Assembly: GCA_047601445.1 (NCBI GenBank)
Contig: JASGJH010000001.1
Span: 7,328,001-7,392,000 of the forward strand
DNA: 64,000 nt
Source of the DNA: Myxococcales bacterium
Lineage (GTDB): Bacteria; Myxococcota_A; Polyangia; Polyangiales; DASUME01
Direction: 5' to 3'
The notes under the pieces were generated by a model. It saw nothing but the letters and a program-made list of their open reading frames with translations, searched no databases and had not been told where the DNA came from. Numbering within the stretch: position 1 is the first letter of the stretch; each line of letters opens with the position of its first letter. Both the position numbers and the translations under genes were made by a program. This document shows, piece after piece, positions 38,796 through 48,892 of the stretch.

Positions 38796-40199
38796 ATGAT
38801 CCGAAGTGGCTCCCTGCGCGTGCTCGGGGGATTGGCGAGCGTGGTCGGTCTCACCGCCTGCGACACGGCTCCTCACGAGACGAGCGATGCAGGCCCCCAC
38901 GACGCCGCAGGGCTCGAGCTGGATGCCACGCTGGCGGACGCCACGTCCAGCGACGAGAACGCCGACGCGAGCCCCCACGAAGGCTTGCCCGATGCGGCGG
39001 AGCTGGACGCCGCACGCGATGCAGCCACCGACGTGGGCGAAGACCCTGGACGCGAACCCTGGCGGCCGGTGCCCGCCAACGAAGTGCGGGAGACCTGTCG
39101 CCTCGATCCCGAGCAGCTCGTCGCGGCCGACCAGGCGTTGGGTGTGCCATGGGCGGTGGTTCGCTATGGCAAGCTCTGCCACCAGTTCGGCTCCCAGGAC
39201 GAGCAACCGGGGCACGTCTTCTCGGTCACCAAGACCCTCGGTGCGCTGGTGACGGGCATGGTGGCTCACGAAACCCGCTCGCTCGCGCGCACCACCCGTA
39301 AGACCGGCCCATTGAGCGACGAGGATCGCATCGACCACTGGCTCGACGACTTCGCATACAACCCGAGTGCCCGCGTCGGACATGTGCTCGCGATGGTGGC
39401 CCACAGCGAGGGACTCGGCTCCGCGCCCGACGACATGGTCTACGACTCGTTCGGCACCACGCAGATCAACTCCCTGAGCGACGTCCTCAACGCGGCGATT
39501 CGCCAAGACTCCGTGCGGCTCGCTGGCGACCTCGATGGCTTCACGCAGCGCTTCCTGTTCGACACGTTGGGACTCGAGGACTCCGAGTGGGCCGCTGGGC
39601 AGCCCGACAAGACTTTCGGTTGGAGTTGGGTCACCAGCGTGCGCGACATGGCGCGTGTCGGGCTCCTCTTGCTGCGCCAGGGGAGCTGGCAGGGAGAACG
39701 CTTGCTCTCGCCGGACTGGATCGCGCGCATGACGCATCCTGCCTTCGAGATCGCGAACACCGGCTACGGATACTTGACCTGGGTCAACAGTGCCTCGAAC
39801 TTCGACTTCGGAGGAGCGGACGGGCCGGTGCTGCAGGACGCTTCCGGCCCGATGTTGACGTGCGCTCCCGTTTCACTGCACGGCCGCTATCCGCACGGGC
39901 TCTCCACGGCGCAGGACTGCCACTACGCCGCGCCGTATCCGTGCACGCAGACCTACGACGTGGGCGTGTGGCAAGCCGTCGGGCTCGGCGGTCAGGTGAT
40001 TCAGGGGCATCCGGGCCTCGACCTGCTGTTGGTGGCCCGCGACCTCACGCCGCTGGGTGGCGGTCAGGATGCGCCGATCCTGTTGTGGGAAGCGGTGCGT
40101 GACGCCGTGGTCGCAGCCGATCCGACGTACCAGGGAGATCTGGAAGCGTTCTGCGCCGCCTATGGCGCCAACGACTACGCACCCGATCTCGCACGCTGA
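38796..40199 (+). CDS. Serine hydrolase (beta-lactamase/AmpC-like fold) lipoprotein
   Basis: Lipobox LTAC; FSVTK SxxK motif; RDMARVGLLLLRQGSWQGERLLS; YGYLTW; GLGGQ. Confidence 0.85.
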   Translation: MIRSGSLRVLGGLASVVGLTACDTAPHETSDAGPHDAAGLELDATLADATSSDENADASPHEGLPDAAELDAARDAATDVGEDPGREPWRPVPANEVRETCRLDPEQLVAADQALGVPWAVVRYGKLCHQFGSQDEQPGHVFSVTKTLGALVTGMVAHETRSLARTTRKTGPLSDEDRIDHWLDDFAYNPSARVGHVLAMVAHSEGLGSAPDDMVYDSFGTTQINSLSDVLNAAIRQDSVRLAGDLDGFTQRFLFDTLGLEDSEWAAGQPDKTFGWSWVTSVRDMARVGLLLLRQGSWQGERLLSPDWIARMTHPAFEIANTGYGYLTWVNSASNFDFGGADGPVLQDASGPMLTCAPVSLHGRYPHGLSTAQDCHYAAPYPCTQTYDVGVWQAVGLGGQVIQGHPGLDLLLVARDLTPLGGGQDAPILLWEAVRDAVVAADPTYQGDLEAFCAAYGANDYAPDLAR

Positions 40200-40718
40200 T
40201 CAGCCCAGGCGCCACATGCAGGACCAGGCAAGCTCGCCCTTGTCGTTCTTGACGCAGTTGCATTCAGGACCGCTCAGCGCATCGGGCCAGATGCAGCTCT
40301 GATTCTCGACCTGACAAGCCTCGCCTTGCTTGCCCTCGCGGAAGTCGTGGCCGCACACCTTGCTGTGATCGCAGGCGCACCGTCCGGTCTTGTTCGTCCC
40401 AGTGCACGGCTGGTAGCACGAGCGGATATCGCTGGGATCGGAGCCGGCGTCGCCATCGCCGTGGGCGCCGCCATCGCCGTGGGTGCCGCCGTCGGCGTGG
40501 CTAGGGCGGTCACCATCACCATCACCATCACCATCACCATCACCATCACCATCACCATCACCATCACCGTCACCATCACCGTCACCTTGCCATTTGTCGG
40601 GCAGCGTCGGTGGAGAGTCCTCGCCACAGCCCACGCCGAACGCTGTGGCGCACGCGACCGAAGCCAAGGTCAACAGCAGTGCGTGTGCACGTCGATGTGC
40701 AGGAGAGGAGAGCTGCAT
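40200..40718 (-). CDS. Small lipoprotein with (Gly-Asp)n linker and Cys-rich domain
   Basis: Lipobox GVGC; about 13 GD units; Cys-rich C-terminus. Confidence 0.75.
   Translation of the reverse strand: MQLSSPAHRRAHALLLTLASVACATAFGVGCGEDSPPTLPDKWQGDGDGDGDGDGDGDGDGDGDGDGDGDRPSHADGGTHGDGGAHGDGDAGSDPSDIRSCYQPCTGTNKTGRCACDHSKVCGHDFREGKQGEACQVENQSCIWPDALSGPECNCVKNDKGELAWSCMWRLG
40510..40586. repeat. Hexanucleotide tandem repeat (TCACCA/TCACCG)n encoding Gly-Asp on the minus strand
   Basis: About 13 near-perfect units directly visible. Confidence 0.9.
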
Positions 40719-40809
40719 GATGGAGGCACGCTAACACGAGTCCGCCACGCCGCAGCTGCTCGAGTTGACCGCTCTCTTGGCCAAAAGCGCCAAGCGCGTC
40801 CAGCGCGGC

Positions 40810-42378
40810 TCAGGGGTGAGCGACCGCGCCGGTCATCCGCTCGTAGAAGTCGAACACGTCGATCTTCGCCAGCGGCCGGTAGTTGCGGAACTCGCGGGCG
40901 AAGCGCACATCGCGGCTAAAATAGCGCAGATAATCGAAGTTCTTCTTCTCGCAGTCCAACACGGCGTCGTTGCGGTCCACGGCGACGATCTGGGGTTTCT
41001 GCTCGAGGAAGCCCTCGATCACCTTCTGGTAAACGAAGCGCTCGGACTCCGGCTGGGCCTCCACGGGGCGGAAGCCACCCTCGTGGGTCTCGCACTGCTC
41101 GTACACCCCGCGCAGCGCCCACAGCGACATGAACGGCATGGTCATGCGGAAGTCCGCGTAGTTCATGGAGGGGAACTGCGGGTACATGCCGGCCGAGAGC
41201 ACCAGGGCGCGCTGGTTGCCAGGCGTCTTCGTCATTACGTCGAGCCACTTGCGGACGGGGCTCTCCGAGAACGTGATTTGGTCGCGGAAGGGCGACAAGC
41301 GCAGGCCGTCGAGGAAGAGGAAGGGAATCAAGAGGCACGCCGCGAGCAGCGTGGTGGCCTCGCGCGTGAGCGTGTTGGACGCCAGGGCGTGTCGCTCCAC
41401 CAGGTCCGTGAGTGTCACGATGACAAGTAACAGCGTGGCGATGAGCGCGGGCACCGAGTGGTAGTCCCAGCCCTTACCCTGGAGCGCCGAGACCAGCGCC
41501 GCCGCCGCCGCGAACAAGCAGAGCAGGCGCGCTAGCGTCATGCGTCCGATGAAAGCAATGCCCCCCAGGATGGGTAACAGGAAGGTCACCGGAGCGAGCT
41601 CCAGACCCACCAGGATCTTGCCGGTGTTGGAGAGCATCTGCGCCGGGGTCGTGTAGGCCTCGGTGGCGAAAGGAATTACGACCGCGATGTATTCGGGGGT
41701 GCCGATCAGGGCCAGCAGCAGGTGCACTACGAGCACCCCGGCGATCAACCACGGCACCGGATCGCGCAGCGTCACGCGCAGACCGCGCGCCCGCAATGCG
41801 TAGACCTCCACGGTCACGAGCGGCAGCACGAAGTGAGGCTTGATGGCGAAGCCGAGGCCCGCGATCAAAGCGATGCTGACGGTCTGCCAGCGCGGCACGC
41901 TTACGCCCTCGACGCGCAAGGTGCTGAGGACGAGGTACGGCACCGCGGCCACCATCAAGAGGTGCTCGCGCTGGCCGAAGCAGCGGCCCGGATCGACGCC
42001 GAGCGCGAACAGCACGGCGAGCGGAAGGATGCGCGCGGTGAGTCTGCCGAGCTGAGCCTCGTGCCGGCGCGCGAGTTGCCAGACCAGACCGACCGAGATG
42101 GCGATGGCTGCGACCACGTAAATCGAGAACCAGGTAGGTCCATCCAGGCCCAAAGTCGCCGCGGTGAACTCTGCCGGCACATGGAGCGCGATGGCCCATG
42201 GGGTGTTCGGATCGATCACATCGACATAAAGGCGATCTCCCGCGAGCCAGCGCTTGGCCACGTACAGGAGGCAGCCCACGTCGAGGTTGATCGGCGGGTA
42301 GAGATGGCTCCCGACCCAGCAACACACGACGAGCAAAAGGGCGCCGTAGACGAAATCCGACAGCTTTCGCGACTGCAT
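40810..42378 (-). CDS. Polytopic membrane protein, probable GT-C glycosyltransferase
   Basis: Many TM helices; first loop INLDVG...LYVDVIDPNTP; GQREH, IKPHF and QGKGWDYH motifs; divergent from the GT2 operon. Confidence 0.65.
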   Translation of the reverse strand: MQSRKLSDFVYGALLLVVCCWVGSHLYPPINLDVGCLLYVAKRWLAGDRLYVDVIDPNTPWAIALHVPAEFTAATLGLDGPTWFSIYVVAAIAISVGLVWQLARRHEAQLGRLTARILPLAVLFALGVDPGRCFGQREHLLMVAAVPYLVLSTLRVEGVSVPRWQTVSIALIAGLGFAIKPHFVLPLVTVEVYALRARGLRVTLRDPVPWLIAGVLVVHLLLALIGTPEYIAVVIPFATEAYTTPAQMLSNTGKILVGLELAPVTFLLPILGGIAFIGRMTLARLLCLFAAAAALVSALQGKGWDYHSVPALIATLLLVIVTLTDLVERHALASNTLTREATTLLAACLLIPFLFLDGLRLSPFRDQITFSESPVRKWLDVMTKTPGNQRALVLSAGMYPQFPSMNYADFRMTMPFMSLWALRGVYEQCETHEGGFRPVEAQPESERFVYQKVIEGFLEQKPQIVAVDRNDAVLDCEKKNFDYLRYFSRDVRFAREFRNYRPLAKIDVFDFYERMTGAVAHP

Positions 42379-42521
42379 GTCCCCCACTTGCCTCGACTCA
42401 GGTCGCTAGTTGTTGCAGATGGGGCGAAAATCCACAAGTGGTCCCAAAAAGGGGCCAGTATTCTTGACTTTGGCGCTCGCGCGCACCTAATTGCGCGGCT
42501 GGTCCGGCGCAAGAGGTGCGG

Positions 42522-43508
42522 ATGAGCGGCGTTTCACAGGGCTCGGCAGGCAAGCGTTACGGCTTGAGCATCGTCGTGCCGGTCTACAACGGTGCGAGCA
42601 CCATCGAGGCGCTGGTGGATGCGCTGGCTGGGCTCACCATCGAAGGCGGCCAGGAGATCATCCTGGTCAACGACGGCAGCCCCGACAACAGCGCGGAGAT
42701 CTGCCGCAAGCTCACCGGGCGCAAGGACGTACCCGTCACGTTCTGCGATCTCTCCCGCAACTTCGGCGAACACAACGCGGTGATGGCCGGGCTCTCGCAA
42801 GCGCGCGGGGACTACGTCATCAACATGGACGACGATCTGCAGAACCCGCCCGAGGAAGTGGCGCGGCTCTACGACTACACGCGCCAAAACGGACTCGACG
42901 TCGTCTACACCTACTACGACAAGAAGGAGCACGCCGGCTGGCGCAACCTGGGCAGTTGGCTCGCCAATCGCTCGGCCGACCTCCTGCTCGACAAGCCGCG
43001 CGGACTCTACCTCTCGAGCTTCCGCTGCATGTCGGCGTTTCTGGTGAAAGAGGTGGTGCGCCACACCGGGCCCTATCCCTACGTGGACGGTCTCATCATG
43101 CAGACCACTCAGCGCATCGGCAGCTTGAACGTCAAGCACCTGCCGCGCGCCGTGGGTCGCAGCAATTACACGATGCGCAAGCTGGTGCGCCTGTGGCTAT
43201 CGATCTTCCTGAACTTCTCGGTGGCGCCTTTGCGGGTCGCCTCGGTGTTCGGGCTGGGACTCGCCGTGCTCGGTGTGCTCGCTTTCGCGGCCGTGGCCTA
43301 CGAGGCGGTGGTGCAAGGTGGCACGCCGCGCGGTTGGGCTTCGGTGATGGGGGCGGTGCTGCTGCTCTCGGGAGCCCAGATGCTCATGCTCGGGATCATC
43401 GGCGAATACCTGGGGCGGTTGTTCATGACCACCAATGCGCGTCCGCAGTACATCATTCGCGAGACGGTGCAGCCGGACGCGGAGCTCAAGAGCAGGAGCG
43501 CCGGCTGA
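42522..43508 (+). CDS. Polyprenyl-phosphate glycosyltransferase, GT2 (ArnC/GtrB-like)
   Basis: IVVPVYN, VNDGSPD, SRNFGEHNA, MDDDLQNPPEE, two C-terminal TMs, GIIGEYLGR. Confidence 0.92.
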   Translation: MSGVSQGSAGKRYGLSIVVPVYNGASTIEALVDALAGLTIEGGQEIILVNDGSPDNSAEICRKLTGRKDVPVTFCDLSRNFGEHNAVMAGLSQARGDYVINMDDDLQNPPEEVARLYDYTRQNGLDVVYTYYDKKEHAGWRNLGSWLANRSADLLLDKPRGLYLSSFRCMSAFLVKEVVRHTGPYPYVDGLIMQTTQRIGSLNVKHLPRAVGRSNYTMRKLVRLWLSIFLNFSVAPLRVASVFGLGLAVLGVLAFAAVAYEAVVQGGTPRGWASVMGAVLLLSGAQMLMLGIIGEYLGRLFMTTNARPQYIIRETVQPDAELKSRSAG

Positions 43509-43587
43509 GCGCGGGCTCGATAGCAGGAGCGCGCGCTCCACGCGGCGTGCGTCAGCTTCGTCGTGGCCCTGGCAGGGAGATCTCAAC

Positions 43588-44715
43588 ATGATCTTGATGA
43601 ACGACTTCAAACGCCACGTCGACCTACTGCACGATGAGCTGCAGGCGGCCATGGAGCGCGTGCTGCGCAGCGGCTGGTTCGTGCTCGGCAAGGAGGTCGA
43701 GGCCTTCGAGCGTGAATTCGCCGACTACGTGGGCGCGCCCTTCGCGGTGGGCGTGGCCAACGGTATGGATGCGCTGCAGCTCGGCTTGATGGCCTGGGAC
43801 ATCGGGCCCGGCGACGAAGTGATCACCACGCCCAACTCGGCCTTCGCCAGCACACTCGCCATCCTGCGCGTGGGCGCCACGCCGGTGTTCGTGGATATCG
43901 ACGAGCGCAGCTATGCTCTCGACGCCAGGCTCGTGCGCGGGGCCATCACCGAGCGCACGCGCGCCATCTTGCCGGTACACATCTACGGGCGCGCCGCCGA
44001 GCTGGAGTCGCTCGCGGAGCTCGCTTCCCAACACGGGTTGATGCTGTTGAACGATGCCTGTCAGGCCCATGGCGCCACCTATCGCGGGCGCTCCATTCCG
44101 AGCTTCGGCGATGCGGCGGCCTACAGCTTCTATCCCACCAAGAACCTCGGCTGCTTCGGGGATGGCGGCATGATCGTGTGCTCCGACGCCGCTCGCCACG
44201 CGCGCCTGCGCTCGCTGCGCGACTACGGACAGGCCAAGCGCTACCACCACCTCGAGGCAGGGCTGAATAGTCGGCTCGACGAGCTGCAGGCGGCGGTGCT
44301 GCGCGTGAAGCTCGCCCACTTGCGCGCCCACACCGAGCGCCGACGTGCCATCGCTTCCAAGTACATCGAGGGGCTCAGCGGGTTGCCACTGGTGTTGCCC
44401 CAGTACGATGCCGAGGCCGTTTGGCACCTGTTCGTGGTGCGCACCCCGCAGCGCGACGCGCTGTCCAAGTTCCTCGCGAGCCAGGACGTGCAGAGCCTGG
44501 TGCATTATCCGGTGCTGATCCCGGCCCAGCCGGCCATTCACAGCTCGCCCGCCCAAGGGCGTGCTTCGACGCCCATTCCTTACACGCGCGGCAGCTTGCC
44601 AGTGGCCGAGCGCTGCGCCGACGAGTTCCTGTCGCTCCCCATCCACGCCGAACTCAGCGACGTCGAAGTCGAGCGCGTGTGTCAGGCCGTGCGCGCCTAC
44701 TTCGAGCGCGCGTGA
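43588..44715 (+). CDS. DegT/DnrJ/EryC1/StrS sugar aminotransferase
   Basis: GPGDEVIT, DACQAHGA, SFYPTKNLG (PLP Lys), NSRLDELQAA. Confidence 0.94.
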   Translation: MILMNDFKRHVDLLHDELQAAMERVLRSGWFVLGKEVEAFEREFADYVGAPFAVGVANGMDALQLGLMAWDIGPGDEVITTPNSAFASTLAILRVGATPVFVDIDERSYALDARLVRGAITERTRAILPVHIYGRAAELESLAELASQHGLMLLNDACQAHGATYRGRSIPSFGDAAAYSFYPTKNLGCFGDGGMIVCSDAARHARLRSLRDYGQAKRYHHLEAGLNSRLDELQAAVLRVKLAHLRAHTERRRAIASKYIEGLSGLPLVLPQYDAEAVWHLFVVRTPQRDALSKFLASQDVQSLVHYPVLIPAQPAIHSSPAQGRASTPIPYTRGSLPVAERCADEFLSLPIHAELSDVEVERVCQAVRAYFERA

Positions 44716-45677
44716 GCGAAGCGGCTCCGCAGGGCAAGCCGCGTTCGGCGCTGTTCGGCCGCCTGATGCTGGGCACCATCCTGGTGTTCTTCGGGCTCTC
44801 GGCCGCCGAGCTCGTGCGGCGCTGGCGCGCCGAGCCCTTCGAGCTCTCGCTGTCCTGGGCGCTGCTCTCGATGCTGCCGTTGTTCGTGGGGTACGCGGGT
44901 GTGGCCTTCGCCTTCCAGCGCATCCTCACGACCCAGGCTCCGGGCCAGGCGCCGTTTCCCGCGGTCTTCGAGCTCTATTGCCGCGGCCTCATCGCTCGCT
45001 ATTTGCCGGCCAAGGTGGGCATCCCAGCGGTGCGCATGGCGGCCGCCAAGGAGTTCGGGGTCACGCCGGCATTCATGGCGGCCTCCGCAGTGCTCGAAGC
45101 GCTCTCGTCTCTCGCCACGGCGGGGTTGTTGGTGGCAGGCGTGGCGCTCGGTCCCTGGCCCATCGTCGGGTTGAGTGCGCTGTCAACGCAGCCATGGGCT
45201 CCCTGGGCCATCGCGGCCATCGTGCTCGGCGTGGCGATGCTCGCGGCCATCGACGTGCGCTTCTATCCGCGCCAGTTGATGACCTTTCTGCGCCTCGAAC
45301 AGCGCAAGGGGCCGCTGCTGCCGCTGTGGTGGATCGCGGGCGAGGCCTGGCTTTGGATCGCGAATGCGGCTTCGTGTGTGTTGGTGGTGCGTGCGCTGAC
45401 CGGCTCGTCGGAGGCCATGTTGCTCGGCGGAGCCTCGGGCATCATCGCGCCTGCGCTCGGGTTCTTCGTGGTGATCGCGCCGGGAGGACTCGGCGTGCGC
45501 GAGGCCATCGCGGTGGCCCTGATGGCGCCGGAAATCGGTGCCACCAAGGCGCTCGCGTTCGGCCTGGTCTCGCGCGCGGTACTGCTGGTCAGCGAGCTCG
45601 TGCTGTGGCTCGGGGCACGGGCGTGGCTCGGCGTCGCGCGGCGTGCGCAGGTCGAAGAGGGAACCCGGCAAGAGTAG
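44712..45677 (+). CDS. Lysylphosphatidylglycerol-synthase-like TM / flippase-like protein
   Basis: RYLPAKVG and APGGLGVRE motifs, multi-TM; GTGA overlap with the aminotransferase. Confidence 0.8.
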   Translation: MSEAAPQGKPRSALFGRLMLGTILVFFGLSAAELVRRWRAEPFELSLSWALLSMLPLFVGYAGVAFAFQRILTTQAPGQAPFPAVFELYCRGLIARYLPAKVGIPAVRMAAAKEFGVTPAFMAASAVLEALSSLATAGLLVAGVALGPWPIVGLSALSTQPWAPWAIAAIVLGVAMLAAIDVRFYPRQLMTFLRLEQRKGPLLPLWWIAGEAWLWIANAASCVLVVRALTGSSEAMLLGGASGIIAPALGFFVVIAPGGLGVREAIAVALMAPEIGATKALAFGLVSRAVLLVSELVLWLGARAWLGVARRAQVEEGTRQE

Positions 45678-45868
45678 GGCGCTCGTCATGCCGTGCAGTC
45701 GGTGCAGGAGACCGCGCACGACTACGTCTCGCGAAAACGAAAGCGAATACGAGCGCCGAGTCCCTGAACGAACACGCGGTGGAGCTAGAATACGCCGCTA
45801 ACGAAGCCCATGGTAGGTAGGCCCGGTGCCGCACCATTTTGCATCGGGACAGAAAGAGGACGGCGTCT

Positions 45869-46372
45869 ATGACCAAACGCAACGGCGAGCTCGCAGCGCT
45901 GACGGAACGCTTTCGCGCCCTGGGCGCCAAGAATCCGGTCGACTGGGCCAGCTCCCAGATCGGAGAAGGCATCCCGCAGCTCCATCGCTATCTGTTCTTG
46001 CGTCAGGCCTGGCGCGCCATCGTGTCGGACGACGATCACGCGTGGATCGACGCCAACATCGCAGCGACCAAGCGTGACCCAAACGCACCCTACGCTGGTG
46101 TCGGGCACGCGCTCGCGGCGATGCGTGAGAAGGGCGTGGACGACGAGGACATCGCGCAACTGGTGCGCGGCATGCAGGCCGAGCTCCTATTCAGCTTCTG
46201 CTACCTGCTCGAGGACCCGAACTTCGAAGATGCCGACGCCATGGGCGTGAGCTGGTCTCTGGTGGCACTCGACGAACAGGGCGAGCCCACGGGACCCATT
46301 CCCGGTTTGCACGAGTCGGTGCTGGAGTTGGATCCCACCGGGCGGGACATGCGTCCCAAGCGGCGCCCGTAG
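45869..46372 (+). CDS. Hypothetical acidic protein
   Basis: GAGGA RBS, typical codon usage; C-terminal GLHESVLELDPTGRDMRP. Confidence 0.7.
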   Translation: MTKRNGELAALTERFRALGAKNPVDWASSQIGEGIPQLHRYLFLRQAWRAIVSDDDHAWIDANIAATKRDPNAPYAGVGHALAAMREKGVDDEDIAQLVRGMQAELLFSFCYLLEDPNFEDADAMGVSWSLVALDEQGEPTGPIPGLHESVLELDPTGRDMRPKRRP

Positions 46373-46652
46373 CGCCCGCCCTACCGACCACTGCGTCCGC
46401 AAGCTTGCTTGCAGCGCGAGGGCTGCCTGCGATTGGCTCTACGGTCCTGTCTCGTCGTCCCGATGCAGGGAGGGGTGATCTGCGGAGACATGACGGTACG
46501 AACTTCATTTAACTCCACGAGTCGCGCAACCTCAGCGTGGAGGGCGCGTCCGCCGTGGCCTTCGGTGCTGCGCGAGCTGCGAAGATGCGAGCGCCGCTTC
46601 CGCAATTTCCTCTGACACAAAATACCTATGTTATCGTTCCCGACATCAGGAC

Positions 46653-47456
46653 ATGAAGCTTCGTTGTCACGGGTTGCAGGTGCTCATCGTCGAAGACGAC
46701 CGGCGCCTCGCGGATAGTCTGGGCTACCTCCTTGCGTCGGAAGGCGCCGAAGTGACCATCGCCTCGACGGTCGACTCAGCGCGTAGCCATCTGACGAGCG
46801 ACGTTCTTTGGGATCTCGTGTTGCTCGACATCAAGCTGCCCGACGGAGACGGCTTCGACGTGCTCGACGTGATCTCGCAAAAAGGCCTGAAAAGGACGGC
46901 CATCGTCGCAGTTTCGGGGAACCTGCAAGAGCCCAAGCGGGCCCTGCGACTTCAAGCCAGTCGAGCTGTCTTGCTGCCCAAGCCGTTCGAGGCGGGAGAT
47001 CTGCTCGCGGCTATCGAAGGGGCCATGCTGCTCACCGCCTCCGAGCCCAGCACTTCGCCGTTGGGAGGACGATCGGGAACCTATCCGGTGCGACTCTCGT
47101 TCGGCCCGATCTCGCTTCAGCTCATCCGGCAGTCCGTGGCCGTCCAGGGCGAGCCCATCGATCTGCGGCCAACCCAGTTTCGCATTCTCGCGCAGCTGCT
47201 CTCGAACCCGGGTAAAGCGCTGACGGTCGCCGAGTTGGTGGACACGGCACTGCGAGGGTTTCACGGCGACGGCAGTGCGAACATTCGGTTTCAGATCCAC
47301 GGATTGAGACGCAAGCTCGGCGCCGCAGGGCGTCTGATCGAGACTGCCTCGGGCGGATACGGAGTCGGCCTCGAGCGCGTGCGGAATTCGCCAGAAGACG
47401 AACCGCCTCTGACGAACGCGAACGACGAGCTCTACGAGGCCGACGGTACGGATTAG
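46653..47456 (+). CDS. OmpR-family response regulator (orphan)
   Basis: VLIVEDD, LLDIKLPDGDG, PKPF; winged helix LRPTQFRIL...IHGLRRKLG...GGY. Confidence 0.88.
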   Translation: MKLRCHGLQVLIVEDDRRLADSLGYLLASEGAEVTIASTVDSARSHLTSDVLWDLVLLDIKLPDGDGFDVLDVISQKGLKRTAIVAVSGNLQEPKRALRLQASRAVLLPKPFEAGDLLAAIEGAMLLTASEPSTSPLGGRSGTYPVRLSFGPISLQLIRQSVAVQGEPIDLRPTQFRILAQLLSNPGKALTVAELVDTALRGFHGDGSANIRFQIHGLRRKLGAAGRLIETASGGYGVGLERVRNSPEDEPPLTNANDELYEADGTD

Positions 47457-47583
47457 CAAACGCTAACGGTGCGAGTGCGCAAGAGAGCCACTTGTGGCGC
47501 CGTGCATTAGCAAACGCTAACGCGCTCGTAGTGCGATCGATGGACAGCGCGGTGCCGATGGCACGAATTAGCAAAAGCTAACG
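47452..47583. repeat. Three spaced 17-bp repeats ATTAGCAAA(C/A)GCTAACG with palindromic core TTAGC-N4-GCTAA
   Basis: Copies start at 47452, 47506 and 47567; unique spacers of 37 and 44 nt. Confidence 0.85.
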
Positions 47584-47632
47584 CGCGGACTCCGATCTCT
47601 CGTGATAATCCCGTGCAAGCTTTCTTACGGTG

Positions 47633-47666
47633 GAAGAGGAGTAGCGCGTGGCGCTCTCCTATCTTC
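47633..47666. terminator. Imperfect stem-loop between convergent genes
   Basis: GAAGAGGAG-t-AGCGC gtg GCGCT-CTCCT-a-TCTTC; no clear U-tract. Confidence 0.35.
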
Positions 47667-47768
47667 GAGCTCGTAGTCGATGGTGACGAGGGGGGAGGTC
47701 CGGGGGGACGCCATGCAGCGTCGGGGCCGCGTATTTAAGGTTCAGGCCCGCGACGTGCGCTGTGGCGT

Positions 47769-48056
47769 CTAACACTCGTAGTCGACGATGGCGACGGCTC
47801 GAGAGAGCTCGCGCATCACGCCTAGAACTACCCGGTGGGCCGGGTGCTTTTCGTATGCCTCGAGTGCGCTGCGATCATCGAAGCACACCGTCGCAACGAT
47901 GTCGTACGAGAACGACGTAGCAGCGAAGTCTGCTCCGATCTCGAGAGCGCGAATGCTCTCGATGTCCTTCCGCAAGGATCCGATCGCTGCCACGGCACGC
48001 TCGAGATTCTCGGGAGATCTGGCGTGAAGTTTGAACATGACCACGTGCTTGATCAT
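47769..48056 (-). CDS. Dabb (stress-responsive alpha/beta barrel) protein
   Basis: MIKHVVMFKL...FDDRSALEAYEKHPAH...VDY. Confidence 0.88.
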   Translation of the reverse strand: MIKHVVMFKLHARSPENLERAVAAIGSLRKDIESIRALEIGADFAATSFSYDIVATVCFDDRSALEAYEKHPAHRVVLGVMRELSRAVAIVDYEC

Positions 48057-48229
48057 CTCTGCCTCTCTTGGCGGGGAGCGCGACGACTTAGTGAGCGCGA
48101 TGTTGTGTGGAGAATCTAGTTAGCACACTCGCGCGCGACGGATGCTTTACGGGTTTGCGTCTTTCGGGACAGGAGAGCGCTCCGTGGCCAACGGCTCCTG
48201 TCTACGTTCGACATGGGGGAGGAACGAGA

Positions 48230-48817
48230 ATGAAGAGCGTGGGCGTGTACTGTGGATCGGCCGAAGGAACTCGGCCGCGATATCTCGAAATCTCGAAGCA
48301 GGTCGGCCGAGCGCTCGCGACGCGTGACCTCGAGCTCGTGTACGGAGGCGCGAAGATCGGACTCATGGGGGCCATGGCGGACGCCGCGCTGGAGGCGGGG
48401 GGACGCGTTTTCGGGGTGCTCCCTGCTGCCTTGAGCAAGGTCGAGATCGCACATCCCGGGCTCACGGAATTTCGCGTCGCAGGCTCGATGCACGAGCGAA
48501 AAGCGATGATGGCCATGCGATCGGACGCTTTCGTCGCGTTGCCCGGCGGGTACGGCACGCTGGACGAGATCTTCGAAGCGCTCACCTGGGCCCAGGTCGG
48601 CATTCATCAGAAGCCGTGCGCGTTGCTCAATGTCGATGGGTTCTTCGACTCGCTGATCGAGTACCTCGATCACGCGACCAGCGAAGGCTTCATTCGGCCG
48701 ATGCATCGACCCATGCTGCTCGTCGAGACCGACTTCGAGCGTTTGCTCGACCGACTGCAGCTTCATTTTCCAGCTTCGAATGCGCCGATCATGTCCGCGC
48801 ATTCTGTCGAGGCATGA
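48230..48817 (+). CDS. log: LOG-family cytokinin riboside 5'-monophosphate phosphoribohydrolase
   Basis: VYCGS, LVYGG..GLMG, MHERK and PGGYGTLDE (PGGxGTxxE signature); GGAGG RBS before ATG 48230. Confidence 0.93.
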   Translation: MKSVGVYCGSAEGTRPRYLEISKQVGRALATRDLELVYGGAKIGLMGAMADAALEAGGRVFGVLPAALSKVEIAHPGLTEFRVAGSMHERKAMMAMRSDAFVALPGGYGTLDEIFEALTWAQVGIHQKPCALLNVDGFFDSLIEYLDHATSEGFIRPMHRPMLLVETDFERLLDRLQLHFPASNAPIMSAHSVEA

Positions 48818-48892
48818 AGGCCAGGGAATTCAGCGCTCAAGCGCAGCGTGCGGTGCTTTTCGATGGGGGCTTTCGAGGGGGGATATCACGCC

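Noticed and set aside
38796..40199. Antibiotic-resistance beta-lactamase
   Set aside because: SxxK is present, but the overall pattern fits the broad serine hydrolase family; resistance cannot be inferred.
40274..40919. ORFs with VMVMVM, TITITI or SPSPSP runs
   Set aside because: These are alternative-frame readings of the Gly-Asp hexamer repeat.
47452..47583. CRISPR array or CIRCE element
   Set aside because: Repeats are only 17 bp with three copies and no cas genes in the window; CIRCE needs TTAGCACTC-N9-GAGTGCTAA, which is absent.
48230..48817. Lysine decarboxylase
   Set aside because: A known misannotation of LOG-family proteins; no PLP-enzyme features.
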